Source: Octopus vulgaris (taxonomy: Eukaryota). From it: a stretch of DNA of 64,000 nucleotides. The notes under the pieces are model-generated. The model was not told where the DNA came from and did no database searches. It was given only the letters and a program-made list of their open reading frames with translations. The position numbers and the translations under genes are program-made. The DNA lies in NCBI GenBank assembly GCA_951406725.2, contig OX597823.1, forward strand, positions 107,508,001 to 107,572,000, given 5' to 3'. Positions 12,950-27,026 of the stretch are shown piece by piece (position 1 is the first letter of the stretch; each line of letters starts with the position of its first letter).

Positions 12950-15900
12950 AAGATATATATATATATATGTGTATGTGTGTGTATGCATAAAATCAAACAA
13001 GCACATTTCATACATGTAGCAAAGGATTTAATAATGGCTTGGTTAGGGACCACTTTTAAGCAAAATGCATATGGACCAGAGAGCATTTAGAGCTGAGCTG
13101 GAAAATATTTCCAATGATACTCTGTATCCTACAAATTTTCTAAGGATTCCAATATTTTTCTTTCAAAATTATGCCAAAGAAAGAAGTATGAGGGTAAGTT
13201 TAATAAGCACCATTAATGTACAGTGATCATACCTCATCCTTAGGAAATATAGATAACAGTATAATTAACATAAGTTAACCCTTTTAATTAAGAAATATAC
13301 TTTCTGAAATTAGACAGGATGAAAATTGAAAGCAGGTGAGATTTGCTTTACTGAATAAGCTTACCATCATAAGGTAGCCATCATAATAAATTTCAAGGAA
13401 TTATAGGATCAATACTTTGTTGGTTTTCATTTTTTTTTTGCTTGTTATACTTAGGAAAAGAATGATTGCAACTGAAAGAAGGTCTTTGATTCTATGCCCG
13501 TCTGAATCCATTTCACCATATCCATATACAGAGGTAAAATGAAGACACCCCACCACTGCCACACAAAAAAAACCAAAAAAACAAAACAAAAAAAAAAAAC
13601 ATTATTTAGCCTATGAATGTCAGTATGTTGCTGGATGATTGGTCAGTCATTTGGAAATCTGAGATCAACCAAAGTTGTCACTGTTTCTATCAGAGGGCAC
13701 TGCAAGGATACAGTACTGTTCTGTTCTATTTATATTACAAGGGATTGATTCCAGCAAATACTTAAAAAAAAAAAAAGAAAATTAAAATCATCATTTTACA
13801 AAGACAAAAATAAATAATGATGAGACAACAGAGCCAATCATTAAAAAAAAAATCTATGATTCAGAAAAGAAAACCAACAACAACAAGAAAAGCAACTTCA
13901 AATATTTTGCAACACTTTATATATATATGTATATATATATATATATAAAACACAAACACACACACACACACACAAATGTACAAGTGTGTGTAGGTGTGTA
14001 TATGTATAATAAAACAGCAAAAAAAAAAATAATTAAAAGAACTTCTAAATTTAACTTGCTTAAAAAGAAAACAAACTATTTTTCATGATAACTGTAATAA
14101 AATTATGTGGGAAATGTTCTAACCATTATGCAGGGCAGAGTAGTGGAGGCAAGGGACAAGCACACATAACAGGTGTGACAATTCCAAATATACACATGAT
14201 TGAAGATTTGGGGAAATTATGTTTTAAACTAGACAAAAAATTTGAAAACAAAGGGTAAAATACATACATATGTGTTATAGATGTCAGAAAAAATTTAACA
14301 CTTTTTTTCATTCATATAGAAATAACATATCTGATATTAATTATATCTATCTGAACAAAACAAAATCAATGAACGAGAAAACAGGAGTTGCCAATTGCTC
14401 TAGATATATTTCCATCACGCTTTTAGTTGGTGAGCAATTTAGAACACCTTGTATATCTCATTAGCCCATGTTCGGCTCTTGTTGACATGTAAATTTCTAA
14501 GATAGAGAGGACCTTCCTGTAAGTGGAACAATTAATTCTTTTTATAGGGTAGCAGCACTATACAGGATTACTGATGAATCTTGTAAACATCAACATTTAA
14601 GAATAGTGCTTAGATACATACATACACAAATATTGTATGTATGATAAGAGCTAAATATGATACAAGAAAAATATGGAAACTCTTGCATATTATGTTATTA
14701 ACAAAACCAGAATTAACATTTGGCAGGGTTATGGGGAATATAAATCAGGAAAGTCCCCTGTAACTGAGAAATATAACATATTTGGGAAGAAGTTTCTACC
14801 TTGCATTTCCGGGTTACAAACTTTCATTAAAAATGGTACACAGAAATTTGAGAACATTTTTGAAACTGTTACAATTCTTTAGATGTGCATCCAAAAGAAC
14901 AGATATAATATTCTTGTAAAGGAGTGGGGAAAAAATCAATTTCAGAAGGTGAGGGGTACAGGGCATTAGATTGATTAATAACACTTATCAGGCAGAAAGC
15001 AAGCAAAGTTTAAGAAATACATCGAGTTCAAAGAGGCTATCACATATTGTTATATCATCCGGGCACTGTATTTAAAACCTCTACAAACTCGATGTTTTCC
15101 AGACTCTTTATTGCTCCTTCAAGATAAATATTAAAAATTACTTTGTTTTTGTGTTATCCCCATCAAACAAATTATCAAATGTTAAGAGTTTCCTAAAAAT
15201 AATTTGCCACAACTTCTCTCCTTTCCAAGAGAAAATCTATGACCCCTCCCCCCACTTATTAAATCTTAATCATGAAACAGCAGTGTCAAGAACATTTTAA
15301 AAGTACTCTACCCACCTCAACATAGAGAATGCTTAAAAAAGCAGGTAAAAACAATTGATAAACTATTTGATATATCACATAAATTAAATTCTACACAAAT
15401 GACAACAGAAAAAGAAGAGAAATAATGGGAGAGAGAGGGGGAGATAAGCAACGTATCAAGACATCCAGTTTTACAACTAAACTAAGAAAAGTATCTTGAC
15501 ATGTTATCAGTTGTGTAAAAGAGTAAGAAGTCCATCAAAGATTGTCCTGTAATTCAACAAAGAGCTAGAGGAAAAAGAAACTGGAGAAAAATGGCTCACC
15601 CAAAACGGAAATGTGGTCCAAGCTATAGAACATCATATATAACTATAATCTAGCAGAAAAATTACTTTGTAGATTGATATGAGCTATGCTTCCATGACTT
15701 AAGATAGAAGGATGAAATTCACATATGCATATAAACACACACTCAGACAAGACTATGGAATTCTGAAGTTATCATCCTCTTAGGAAGGTAAGGTGATTAA
15801 CAAAATAAATGTGTGTGTGTGTGTGTATACATACATGCAATTATGTGTGTGTGTATGTTAGATATGAAATGGAAATCCAAAACAAACTATTACATTAAAA

Positions 15901-16737
15901 AGCAGCAGCTGAAAGAATAAAGATAGAAAGATGAACAGAGTGGATAATAAGAATTTGAGAATATTATATTATAGCAGTAGAGTAGAAAAAAATCCCGAAA
16001 CCATTTCATCTTATTGAATCTATTAACTAATTCATCATGAGTACCAAGTAGTTAGAATCCTCACAGGAACACTGTCAGATAATAATGAAGCAAAAAGTTC
16101 ATTACTGAATAATAGAGAAAGATTTCAAAGAAATAAATAAAGAAAATGTTTTCCACTGGAAAGTTAGAAATAAAATAGAAAACTTTAAAAATGTTGAAGT
16201 GACCCCCTCCCACCACCACCAAAAAAAAAAACAATAAAACTAAAATGAATCTGTTTGATAAATATTTATAGGAACAATATTTAGAAAACTAGAAATTAAC
16301 ATATGTTTCCAGCTGATATACTAAAACTGCAAAGAGAAAAAAAGAAAAAAACCCAACCAACTACAACAATCACAAAACTAGTCTAAACAAAGTTTACTCC
16401 TACATGTTTTCAACAATTCCTTGACAATTAAATTCATAGACACAGCTTAGAGCACTAGAAATTTATATATATGTTCTTTACTTGCACAAATTAAGGTAAT
16501 TACTGTTAAAGACATTATAAATATATTGAAACATGCACATGTAAGTCTCCAATAATGCTCCAGTAAATATTTGACAGATTCATTTTATTCTTATTTCTTG
16601 ATCTTTTTTGCTTTGTTTTAAAATTTTTTCGATGGAAACATACATTTATTTCTCTAATTTTTTAGACTTCTATTATGTTCTAAATGTAAGCACACAAATA
16701 TACATATATATCTTTACATATATGTAAACCACATTAT

Positions 16738-16870
16738 ATCATCATCATTCAATGTCTGTCTTACAAGCTGGCAAGAGTTGGACTTAGTTTGACAAGATCC
16801 AACAAGCTGGAGAACTGTACTGAATTCCAGTGTCTACTCTCACATGGTTTCTACAGCTGGCAGTTCTTCA
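16738..16870 (-). mobile_element. Degraded (GAT)n-tailed retroposon 3' fragment
   Basis: catcatcattcaatgtctg...gctggcaagagttggac...catggtttctacagctgg, similar to 60885-61090. Confidence 0.6.
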
Positions 16871-19800
16871 AACTCTCCTCTGAAATTGTTGCCCTTGTAA
16901 CCAAATTAGAAATATATATGTTTCAATAATATGCATTTGTTTAACACTTGCCAGTACAGTGTATATATGTGTGCCTATTCTGATTGTTTACTTTCTGCAC
17001 TTCATGTAAAAAAGCATTAAATTACATATAGCGATATTTGATGGTTCCCTATCAAAGACAATTCAAATAAAAATTCCGTATTTGAAATATGGGTTAGGTT
17101 GGTCAAAGCAAGGGCCTCTATCAGTAAAACAATGTTTCAGTATTGTGTAAGTTAACCCATGTTAGAATGGGCTGGATGCAAAACATTCATATATATCTCT
17201 CCATATCATAGATTAGTCATGTCTAGCTGTATATACATATATAAACCTATAAAAAGGCATATACATATGTGATGCATTATATATATATATACATACATAC
17301 ACACACACTATATACCATTTATAGATATATACACACAAGTATACACACTGTATGCCACACGTGTAATATGTGATGTATAAATACATACAAACACACATAT
17401 GTATACCTCACAGGTCACTCATACAAATACAGAAGTGTTTGTTTTAAATACTGAAAGCTTATTACTAGTGTATAGAAGTGGGAGTTGAGAAAGGTACTTT
17501 GTATGTATGATTAGCCTTCGTTTCCCATCAACTATAAACAGAACAATGTCAATATATTTTTATAAAACCATTAAAAGGAGTGATGTGGCTTCAATTTAAT
17601 ATAAGTAAATCTAGCATTTTTGTGTGTGTGTGCATGTAACAATGTATAGATATGTAAATTTTGTAACATTTATTTAAGAGATGGAATGTTATTTATACTA
17701 GGAGTTTATAACAGAAAACAAAGCAGAGAACTGTGGAAGAATATTTAATCACTAAAAATATTTCTAAAATGGTATCATGATTCTAAATGTACAGAATTAA
17801 GAGACCTCATTTGAAAACCATTTAGTATTTTTTTAGAAAATAAATTCTAGTAATATAATAGAAATTGATAATTTAAAGTAAGAAATCCCTTACTCCCAAG
17901 CTCAAATTGTATAATGATATAAGAGAGCTTCCAGCTTAACATCTACATTATACTTATGTTCAATTTGGTTGATACAAGCTAAGATGAAGAAATCTAAACT
18001 ATCCTTAGAAATACACATACATAGTGTTTCAATCAAACAAAAGTAAATAGTATCACTTAGATGATAATCATATTAGTGATATCAATAATAACTAATGCAA
18101 GAGAATAAAATGGACATAAATAAAATGAGTAAAAAAAGGCAAATTTAATATAAAGGCCAGCAATAACTTAGACTTACAAAGATTGGAAAATAGGAATGTT
18201 TGGAGAGTTGAAGTACTTTGGAGGAAGGAAGAGGTTGGGGAAAAAAAGAGACAAGTATGGGAATCCTTATAAAACAAAAAATGATCCAGACTTTCTCCAA
18301 GAATACTAGATAAAGTCAAAGCATAACAAACCTGGCCAGTGTATCATAAGTATAAGCATGGTTTGTCTTTTACTTTTACCTTTGTGTAATACACACACAT
18401 ATACATACATGCACATGTACACACACACACACCTATTTTTTTTGTATTTCAAATATTAACATTTTTCAACAACTTGTAGAAATAAAACTTCAAATATTGG
18501 CAGGGAATGTCAAACATGCTTATGATACAATTTTGTCAGCTCAAAGTACCAAAAATCCTCCAGGTGAAAGGTTAATGTGAAATTAAATAAAAAATACCCA
18601 TTGTGAAGCATCTGACAAACCAAAATGAAAACACAGAGGTAGAGAGAGAGAGAATGAATTGATAATAGCTAAATTTTAAAAAGCTATTACAAATCATACG
18701 AAACACTCAGATGAAGCAACATCTCGGGAAATGGAAAGAAAACTAAGAGAATGAAACCATTAATTATCTGAATAGCATTTGCTCACAACATAAAATTCTA
18801 CAATTCTGTCATGAAATATATGGAGAAGGCAACGCTCCACTTAAAGTTCTTCCTTTATCCCGTATTTCCAGAGCACTGAAGCCAAACAAAGTGATGACTT
18901 AATTTCAAGAATGTGTTTGAACAATTCCAAAATTGAAGCAAAAACAAGGAGGGTGGGAACAAAATTCAAACAAATAAACAAGTAAATAACATAACTGATT
19001 GATTCTTCCGTACTGCCACAATGTTCCTCAGTGTACTGTGTAACTTTTAGACTATCCACCATTGCTCTCAGAAATATACACAAGCCTAGGAATCTAGTAA
19101 GTAAGAGGCTACTGTGGGACAGGAACAACGGACAAGGAAGGAGGAGAATGACAACACGAGTGAGGCAAACTTGGATTTCTCTCTTTTCTAACATGGACAA
19201 AAACAGACACACAATGGATGCATATACACAAGTACACACACACAGAGAAATATAATTTATACAACAAAGATTTATAAGTAATTGAAAATCAAAAAGAATC
19301 AAAATCCTCACATGGCTATCAAGGACTGTATGTGTTGCATGAAGTATCAAAAATAAGCCACTACTTGCTGAAGAATTTTGTCTTTATGATTTTTTTCCCT
19401 ATCTCTATGTGAACTACTTTTCAAATAGGCAGCCCAAATAGAGATTAAAAAAGCTCATAAGAATTCCTTCTTTTGTGTTTTCTTTTTGCTATGTCTGCTT
19501 GTATTATCATCATCATGATCAATATTTTCAAGTGTGTGTGTGTGTCTACACACACATACATTTATACACACATATGCATGCACACACACACACACACAAT
19601 TTAAACAGCTGTCATATTTTGTATTCAAAGTTGACAACTAGAGCAAGTGAAGAGGATTGCAAACCACTGAGGAAACTTGAGGATGTTATAGTAGTGATGT
19701 GTGAGAGAGAAGAAGAAATGAAAAACACTTTTTTTTTTCTTTCTCTATAGGAGAGAAAAGAGAAATCAAAGAAAAATGCCTGAGCAGATCCAAGACAGGT

Positions 19801-20624
19801 AATAAAAATTTAAATACTAAATACCAGATTAATAAAAATTGAAAAATTTAAATGGATATTATGCATGACAACTTAAAAGTACTGATGTTATCTATTCTAA
19901 GATTGACCTTTTTAAAATTCCTATGACAATGCTTCATGTTTACCATTCATTTTGGTTTCAAAAATATTCCACCAATCATTACAATACTTAGTTTTCCATT
20001 TTCTGAAATGAAAGTATAAGTGTGTATTTTAGGACTTCATGTATACACACATTTATACATATAAAAATATGCATTATTTTTAGGAAATTTTTGTGAGGTC
20101 CAAGCAAGTAAGTGCAGAATGTATATAACAAAAGTGACAGTCAAATAATAAGTACATGTACATTATTCACTTTGTATCTGAAATTTAGTAGTGTGTGTAT
20201 AGAGAGAAAGCTTCCTAGAAATTGTTGCACACATAGCAGTTGTAATCAGCTGGTGTTAAAATGTGCTGAATTCTATAAAAAAGAAAATAATAATAATAAA
20301 AAGCCTTAACAGATTCCATTAAAAATATTTCCAAGAAGCTTAAAATATTTGAGATAAATTTACATAGTCTTGTATAAAATTTCCACAACAAAATTATATC
20401 TATTTAAAATGCTTGAGTTTAATATGAAAATGTTTGCATAAAGTTTGCTATTGGTAAGCTTTACTGGAGCAACTCCAGTGTTCAAGAACTAAGGAATGCA
20501 AACAAACTTCAGAATAAACAAGTGAAAATGGAATTTCTTTTTATATGAAGTTTGAAAAGAAAACGATAAAATAAAAATAAGTATCATCTAACAATTTACA
20601 TAAAATGTAATTAATAATAATAAT

Positions 20625-21010
20625 AATTGTTTTTAATTAAAGATCAAGGTCAACAATTTTTGAAAAGAGAAGCTTAGTTGATTACATCACCCCAGTACTT
20701 GACAGATACTTTATTTTCTCAATCTTGGAGGGATGAAAGGCAAAGTTGACCATAGCAGGATTTGAACTTTGAAGGTAGTGTCACAACAAACTACTGTAAA
20801 GTATTTCACCCGACATTCTAATGTTTCTGCCAGCTTGATGCCCTTAATAATAACTGTTCCTGATTTAGGCACAAGGTTAGCAATTTTGAAGGAATGAGTT
20901 AGTTGATTAAATTGCCCTCAGTACTGTATTTTATCAACCCTAAAGGAATGAAAGGCAAAGTTGACCTCAAAACATAAAGAGATAGAACAAATACTACAAC
21001 TACTACTTAA
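20625..21010 (-). mobile_element. Tandem pair of family-A SINEs
   Basis: Two copies of gatgaaaggcaaagttgacc; head remnant tctgccagcttgatgccctt; separated by (aat)n. Confidence 0.8.
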
Positions 21011-22319
21011 TAATAATAAATACATAATAATAGATATGGGGAATTTGTGAAGAGAAGTGTCATGACATTCATGCTTTCCCTAAATTTAAAAATTTAAGGA
21101 CTGTTATTTTATTTTCTTTGCTAGAACAACAAAAGTAAATTTTTATAGGAGATTGAGAATACACATGAAATAGTATAGATATTTTATTGGCTGCAACTTG
21201 AACAAGAATAAAATGTAAAGTCAATCACTCTGAAATGTGAATGCAAACTAAATGCCATAAGCAATTTAGTTGAGTGCTCTACAACAACTTAATTGCCCTT
21301 ATGATGATGATGATGATAACAACAATGGACAAAATTTCATGGAAAAATAACTGGATGGTTTGAGAGAAAGTCATATTAGTGGCAAAAAGGTTTATAGTAG
21401 GAATTGTTTGATTAAAAGACCACCTTTGGAAGTTATAAGTATTACAGCAGTGAATGCACACACATCACACAGAGACATATACACAGAAAACTAAGAAAGA
21501 CATGAAGTCAGTAAAACCATGCAACAGAAATACCTAGACAAGCTGAAAGAGATACTTGATGTAATGATATGCAAGACAAGACAATGAGCTCAAACAAATG
21601 AATTTACAGGACTTGAAGAAGTAGGGTGGGTGGGTTGTTTGAGGTGTATGTGGGGCATGCACAATGTTTTGAAACCATCTGACAGTACATCTCTCAACTA
21701 ATATATCTAACACAATGACTAGTTTCAGTAAATACTTTTCAGCAAATGGGATCTCAAGAAAAATCATAAGAATTGTCTTAGAAACAGGGTAGTTAATGAG
21801 GTAGAAAGTTATTGGGGTATCAATTGAAATAAATACATCTTTTAAATATGCCTGAGTTCATAGTGACAAAGCATTAGGAGATTTTCTTGTGTCTTTCTTT
21901 TAATTATTAATAACGTTATTATTCATATTATTTACTATTGAAGTAGTTTGATGCTGTTGCCAGCAGAACAATAGTATTAATTGTGATGTAATTCCCATTA
22001 AATACGTGCATGAGTAAATTATTATGCTTCTTCAATTTGTGTGTGTGTGTCTCCATACATTTATATATATATATAGATATACAAATATGAGAGAGAGAGA
22101 GATAGAGAGAAAAAGAAACCTCATGGAAAATATATGGCTGTTTACTGAAGAATTTAACTGAAATTTAGAAGCCAAATGAAAAAAGAAGAAAAATAAAATG
22201 AAAGTTTTGTACATGTCTTGGAACTACCTTCAAATATTGGAACTATATATACTGAAACTGAATTGTATGAAGCAAGTGATGTTTGGTGAGGCTGCTTCTT
22301 TAGATCTGTAAATCATTAT

Positions 22320-22672
22320 AGGTGCAGGAGTAGCTGTATGGTAAGTAACTTGCTTACCAGCAACATGGTTCTGGGTTCAGTCCCACTATGTGGTACCTTG
22401 GGCCAACCAAAGCCTTGTGAGTGAATTTGGTAGACGGAAACTGAAAAGCCCGTTGTATATATGTGTGTGTGTGTGTTTGTTTGTTTCTTACCCAACATCG
22501 CTTGACAACCAATGCCGGTGTATTAACGTCCCCGTAACTTAGCGGTTCGGCAAAAGAGACGATAGAATAAGTACTAGGCTTACAAAGAATAAGTCCTGGG
22601 GTCGATTTGCTCGACTAAAGGCGGTGCTCCAGCATGGCCGCAGTCAAATGACTGAAACAACTAAAAGAGTAA
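22320..22672 (+). mobile_element. tRNA-derived SINE (family B, CORE-like, resembling octopus OR/OK-type SINEs) with internal microsatellite
   Basis: Pol III A box (tagctgtatggtaag) and B box (gggttcagtccc), ccttgggc core, internal (TA)/(TG)n, 3' end gcagtcaaatgactgaaac. Collinear with 62370-62777. Confidence 0.9.
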
Positions 22673-24523
22673 GGGACATTATTCAACTAAGACAAGGTGT
22701 ATCAGAAATAATGCTAAATGCTTTTTGTCATATGAACAATCTATCTTAATATGTCATGGCTACAATGGTTTGGATATGAATCTTTATTCTAAATATGTAA
22801 TCACATACAAAGCTAGTTGAACCACTAAAGACATTGCCTTCATGTATATTTTAGGTAAATCAGCTTGGTAGAGCTGATCCTTCCTTCCTTCAGTTAAACT
22901 CAGGAAGGATTTGAATTCAGCAGAGCAAGCTGAATGAATATTAGTGGTTAAGCTGCTGTTACTCTGAGATACGTAGTTTGGTTAAGGGAATTGAGTATAT
23001 TAACTCAGCTCTGGTGACAGGATTTCAGTCTTAATCTACTTGATGGTTTTCCCTACTTGCAGTAAGTAAAGTAGTTAATTCCAATGTAGCAACAATTAAT
23101 CTGCAGCTTCAGTATATCACCATAGAACAGTCAATAATTTCTGAAATATCAATAGATTACTACTTAATAAAGGAGGTGGTTGTGTTGTTCATGCCTTTTC
23201 TCACATAAATCAAAAATATGTGTGAGTAGTGCTCACAACCAGATATTCTACCACTGTTCCACTACTTTTCCAATTGGCTACTCTTCTCAATAATAATGAT
23301 AATAATTATGCTGATAACAATGATAAAAAATAAAAGTATTATTATTAAACATCATTTGATTCAACTGCCATAACAAAATTCTTGAAAAATGTATAAAATT
23401 TATGATTAAAATTAAACTCTGTTTCACTTCTTTATCAAACAGAGTTCTACTTCTGTCTTTTAAATATCAAAATTAGATATTATGGCTCAATGCCCAAATG
23501 CCACATAGAGAGAAAGGAAAATAGTTGTAAACATTAAGGAACAAACCTTACTTTCCTTAAGTGGTCACTACCAAATTAAAGAAACAGGAACCATATTAAA
23601 CAGAGATAGGAATAAGTAAATATTGAACTTTGGTCTGACTAGGAAATAAAAGAAATATACTCATACCAATAATTTAGAGACTTGCTTCCATAATATCTGT
23701 AACAATAGCCCAGTATGCTTATTGTAAGATGTTTTAATGAGAAAATTCCATTTGTTAGTTATTTTGTTTTTGTGTAGTGTTTCAAAATAAACACACATAC
23801 CTAAATGCAGGTCATACCATACAGATTATTTTGTATGTACACAAACAGCATGGTCATACTTAATGTGAACTCATGCACTCTGTCTAATTATCTACATGAT
23901 GTGTTCTATGTACACATAAAAATATACATACTACTAAAACACTGGAAGCTAATAGCCTGTGAATATCATATCAACAAAACCGGTACCTCTACAATAATGA
24001 TGCTGATGATGCGAATGTGTAGCAAAAGCTACAAAACTGAAATGCAGATCTGGAAGCCAAGGAGTGGGTATGGGTAAAAATTGTGTAAGGTGGATGGTTG
24101 AGAACTAGACCTAGACATATTTTGGCTGCAAAGTCAGATGACTTGCTGTTGGAACAGACGAGTTCAAGCCATAATATTAATGTTACAGGACACAAAGGAC
24201 ATAATTAAATAGGTGAATAAAAAAACATGCGAAAGAGGTATGTGTGTAGGGTAATTGTGAGAGAGTGAAAGAAATTGAAAGGATAAAATTAAGACCATGC
24301 AATAAAACTTACTGGTTTTATATTCTAGCATTTTTTCTAACAATAGAGCAACACAAGATATGAGACACCTTTCTATTACAGTTGGCCTTAATTTGAGAGT
24401 GATATATATATATATATATATATATTTTAATACACAATTTTGCTAGCTATAATATTCTCTAATAGTGGACAACCATAACATTTTACAATAAGTGTAGATG
24501 GCTAAACCAACCTGCATACTATA

Positions 24524-24600
24524 CTGGTACATATTTTACAGATTCTGAAAGGATGAAGAGCAGAGTCAACTTCGGTGGGACTTAAACTTACAATATAAAG
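24524..24600 (-). mobile_element. Family-A SINE central fragment
   Basis: ctggtacatatttta...gaaaggatgaagagcagagtcaacttcggtggga. Confidence 0.6.
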
Positions 24601-25162
24601 GGGAGTCATTTGAGCACAATGCGTTACATCTAAAAAAAAACTAAAAAAAAAAAAACTAGCCATTATACCATGCACTGCCCTCAATAAAATTAGATAAACA
24701 CAACTATTTTTTCTTCTCAAAATTCCAAAGAGGACCAAAATAATTTTCTAAAATTATAAAAACATTTTTTCATGATTTAAAATTTTCCCTTTTCTCTTTT
24801 TTCTGCTTGTCATTTTGACAGTGCTGCTGGACAGCTGTAAACATTTAAGTAATTATTAAAACTTCTCAACAGCAGTGGCTTTCTCAAGATCACAATGTGA
24901 TGTAGTTATCAATACAACTGACAGTTGCCTTTCTTTGAAGGGATGAAGGCAAGATTTTATTCTCTATGAGTATACTTTGGTGGGTTAGTTTGTATTGTGG
25001 TACATTTTAAGAACTTCAAGCTGCCATGAACATTTTCTTAGTAAAGGCTGACACTAAAGAAAGATTAGCAAACCTCTACTTCTGATGCAGAAGAGAATTG
25101 GTCACATCATTCAAACAATGTTCTAACAAATTTTTGGAAATGTGTGTGTGTGTGTGTGCAAC

Positions 25163-25208
<46 letters not shown>

Positions 25209-25511
25209 ATTTGTTTCTATTTTCTTCTGATGAGTTGAGTTTTTTTTCCAATGGGATATCTTTTTTGTTTATTTTTTCACTATGAAATGATAATAATAAT
25301 GATAGTGATGATGATAATCAAAGTGATGAGGATGACAATGATTTTGATGATAATAATAATAATATGAAACACCCAGTAACACCTATTGCCACACAAGCCC
25401 ATAATCTTCATGACACAAATAAATAACAACTCACTTCAACTCTTGAAGTTTCAACAGAGGACAAGGGATATATACATACATATATGTATATATATATATA
25501 CATACACACAC

Positions 25512-25560
<49 letters not shown>

Positions 25561-26169
25561 CCAAAAAGAATAATTTTTAACCAAATCTTTTTTTTTTATA
25601 TTTATAAAAAAACTATAATAAACACAAAAATATAAAACAATTATCCTTTCCACAAGAATCAACTCATTAGAACATGAGTCACTTCAAGTTAAAAAGGTGG
25701 GGAGATCAACCATTTCACATAACATCAGTGAACCCCTTTTAGAGAGAAAGAGAGAGAGAGAGATTGATGACTGACTCAATTCAGCAATTTTCAGAGGTGC
25801 TGTATTTAAGCCCTCTTCTGAACATCTAGGTTGTTGAAGCAAAAGAGAAATCTAAGGAGAATCAGGGGTAAATTGCTTGTAGTTCCAAGAAATAACTACA
25901 GCTTTCATTGACAAGTGTAAGTTGGTTAGCGAGGTTTCTCCTTATGTCATCACAGTATTCTGCTTATGGGCTTGGTACAATTTAGTGAAATAGACAAATA
26001 TACAGTTTGAAAAAAATATAAATAAATAAAATAAAGAAATGGTTTCTGTTCTGGTATAGATTTGTAATAGAATTTTTCTTTTACATTTACATTAAAAATC
26101 TGACATACAGCAGGTTTTATTAAGTCTCCAACTGAATGTAAGGGAGGGGGTAAATAAAAGAGTGTGTTT

Positions 26170-26192
26170 CATATATATATATATACATATAC

Positions 26193-26248
<56 letters not shown>

Positions 26249-26375
26249 AAATATATATACATATACATACACACGCACAGTTTTATATATGTATATATAC
26301 ATATACACACATACACACAAAGACACGTGTGAGTGTCTGTGTATATATATATATATACGTGTGTGTGTGTGTGCG
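26170..26375. repeat. (TA)n/(CA)n/(TG)n compound microsatellite
   Basis: Dinucleotide runs seen directly; similar blocks at 12040-12160, 12910-12985, 25140-25210, 25467-25560 and 53310-53480. Confidence 0.9.
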
Positions 26376-26995
26376 TAATATGCTTCTAAAAAAATGTTAA
26401 CCCTCCTGGCTTCACGTTGAAACACTTACACCATTTTATAGCACAAAGTTGAGAAAAATAAAAAAAATAAAAAATTTAATGTACACACATAAAGTTGTTG
26501 CTAGAGGGGGATTAGGTCACAATAAACTTAAAATTCATTGAGTTTAAGTAACCAATTATATATGGATGGCATATATATATATATATATATATATAAATAT
26601 ATATATATAACCTCTATAGGTATGCAGAATCAGTTGAAAAGGAGATATGGGAGAGTTAACAGCAGCTATTAATAATTTTAGTAAAACTAGTTTGGTGTTT
26701 TTAAACCAGAGTCAAACCCTTAGAACAAACGTTGTGAGGAAAAATAAAATCAATGAAAAAAAAAAACAAAAGAACACAAACAAAGTACTGAAGTTGGAGA
26801 TAACTTTGAAAAATGATGAGACATTGATTAGGAGGAGGAGTTATAAATAAATTAAGATGCAATTAAAAGAGACAAAAAAAAATGAATAAAAATAAAGACA
26901 AGTCCATGGCAGGATTGGCTGCAGATAGCATATAGCAGGAGGAAAATCTAAAATATGACAGGGAAAATATATATATGTTTATATATATATATATC

Positions 26996-27026
<31 letters not shown>

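Noticed and set aside
18841-19350. 169-aa minus-strand ORF
   Set aside because: Non-ATG start, includes a (TG)n tract, no recognisable motif; expected from the U-rich strand.
21330-21830. Possible old LINE remnant
   Set aside because: Could not recover convincing protein motifs by eye.
22320-22395. tRNA-like A/B boxes
   Set aside because: SINE head with no complete cloverleaf; not a tRNA gene.
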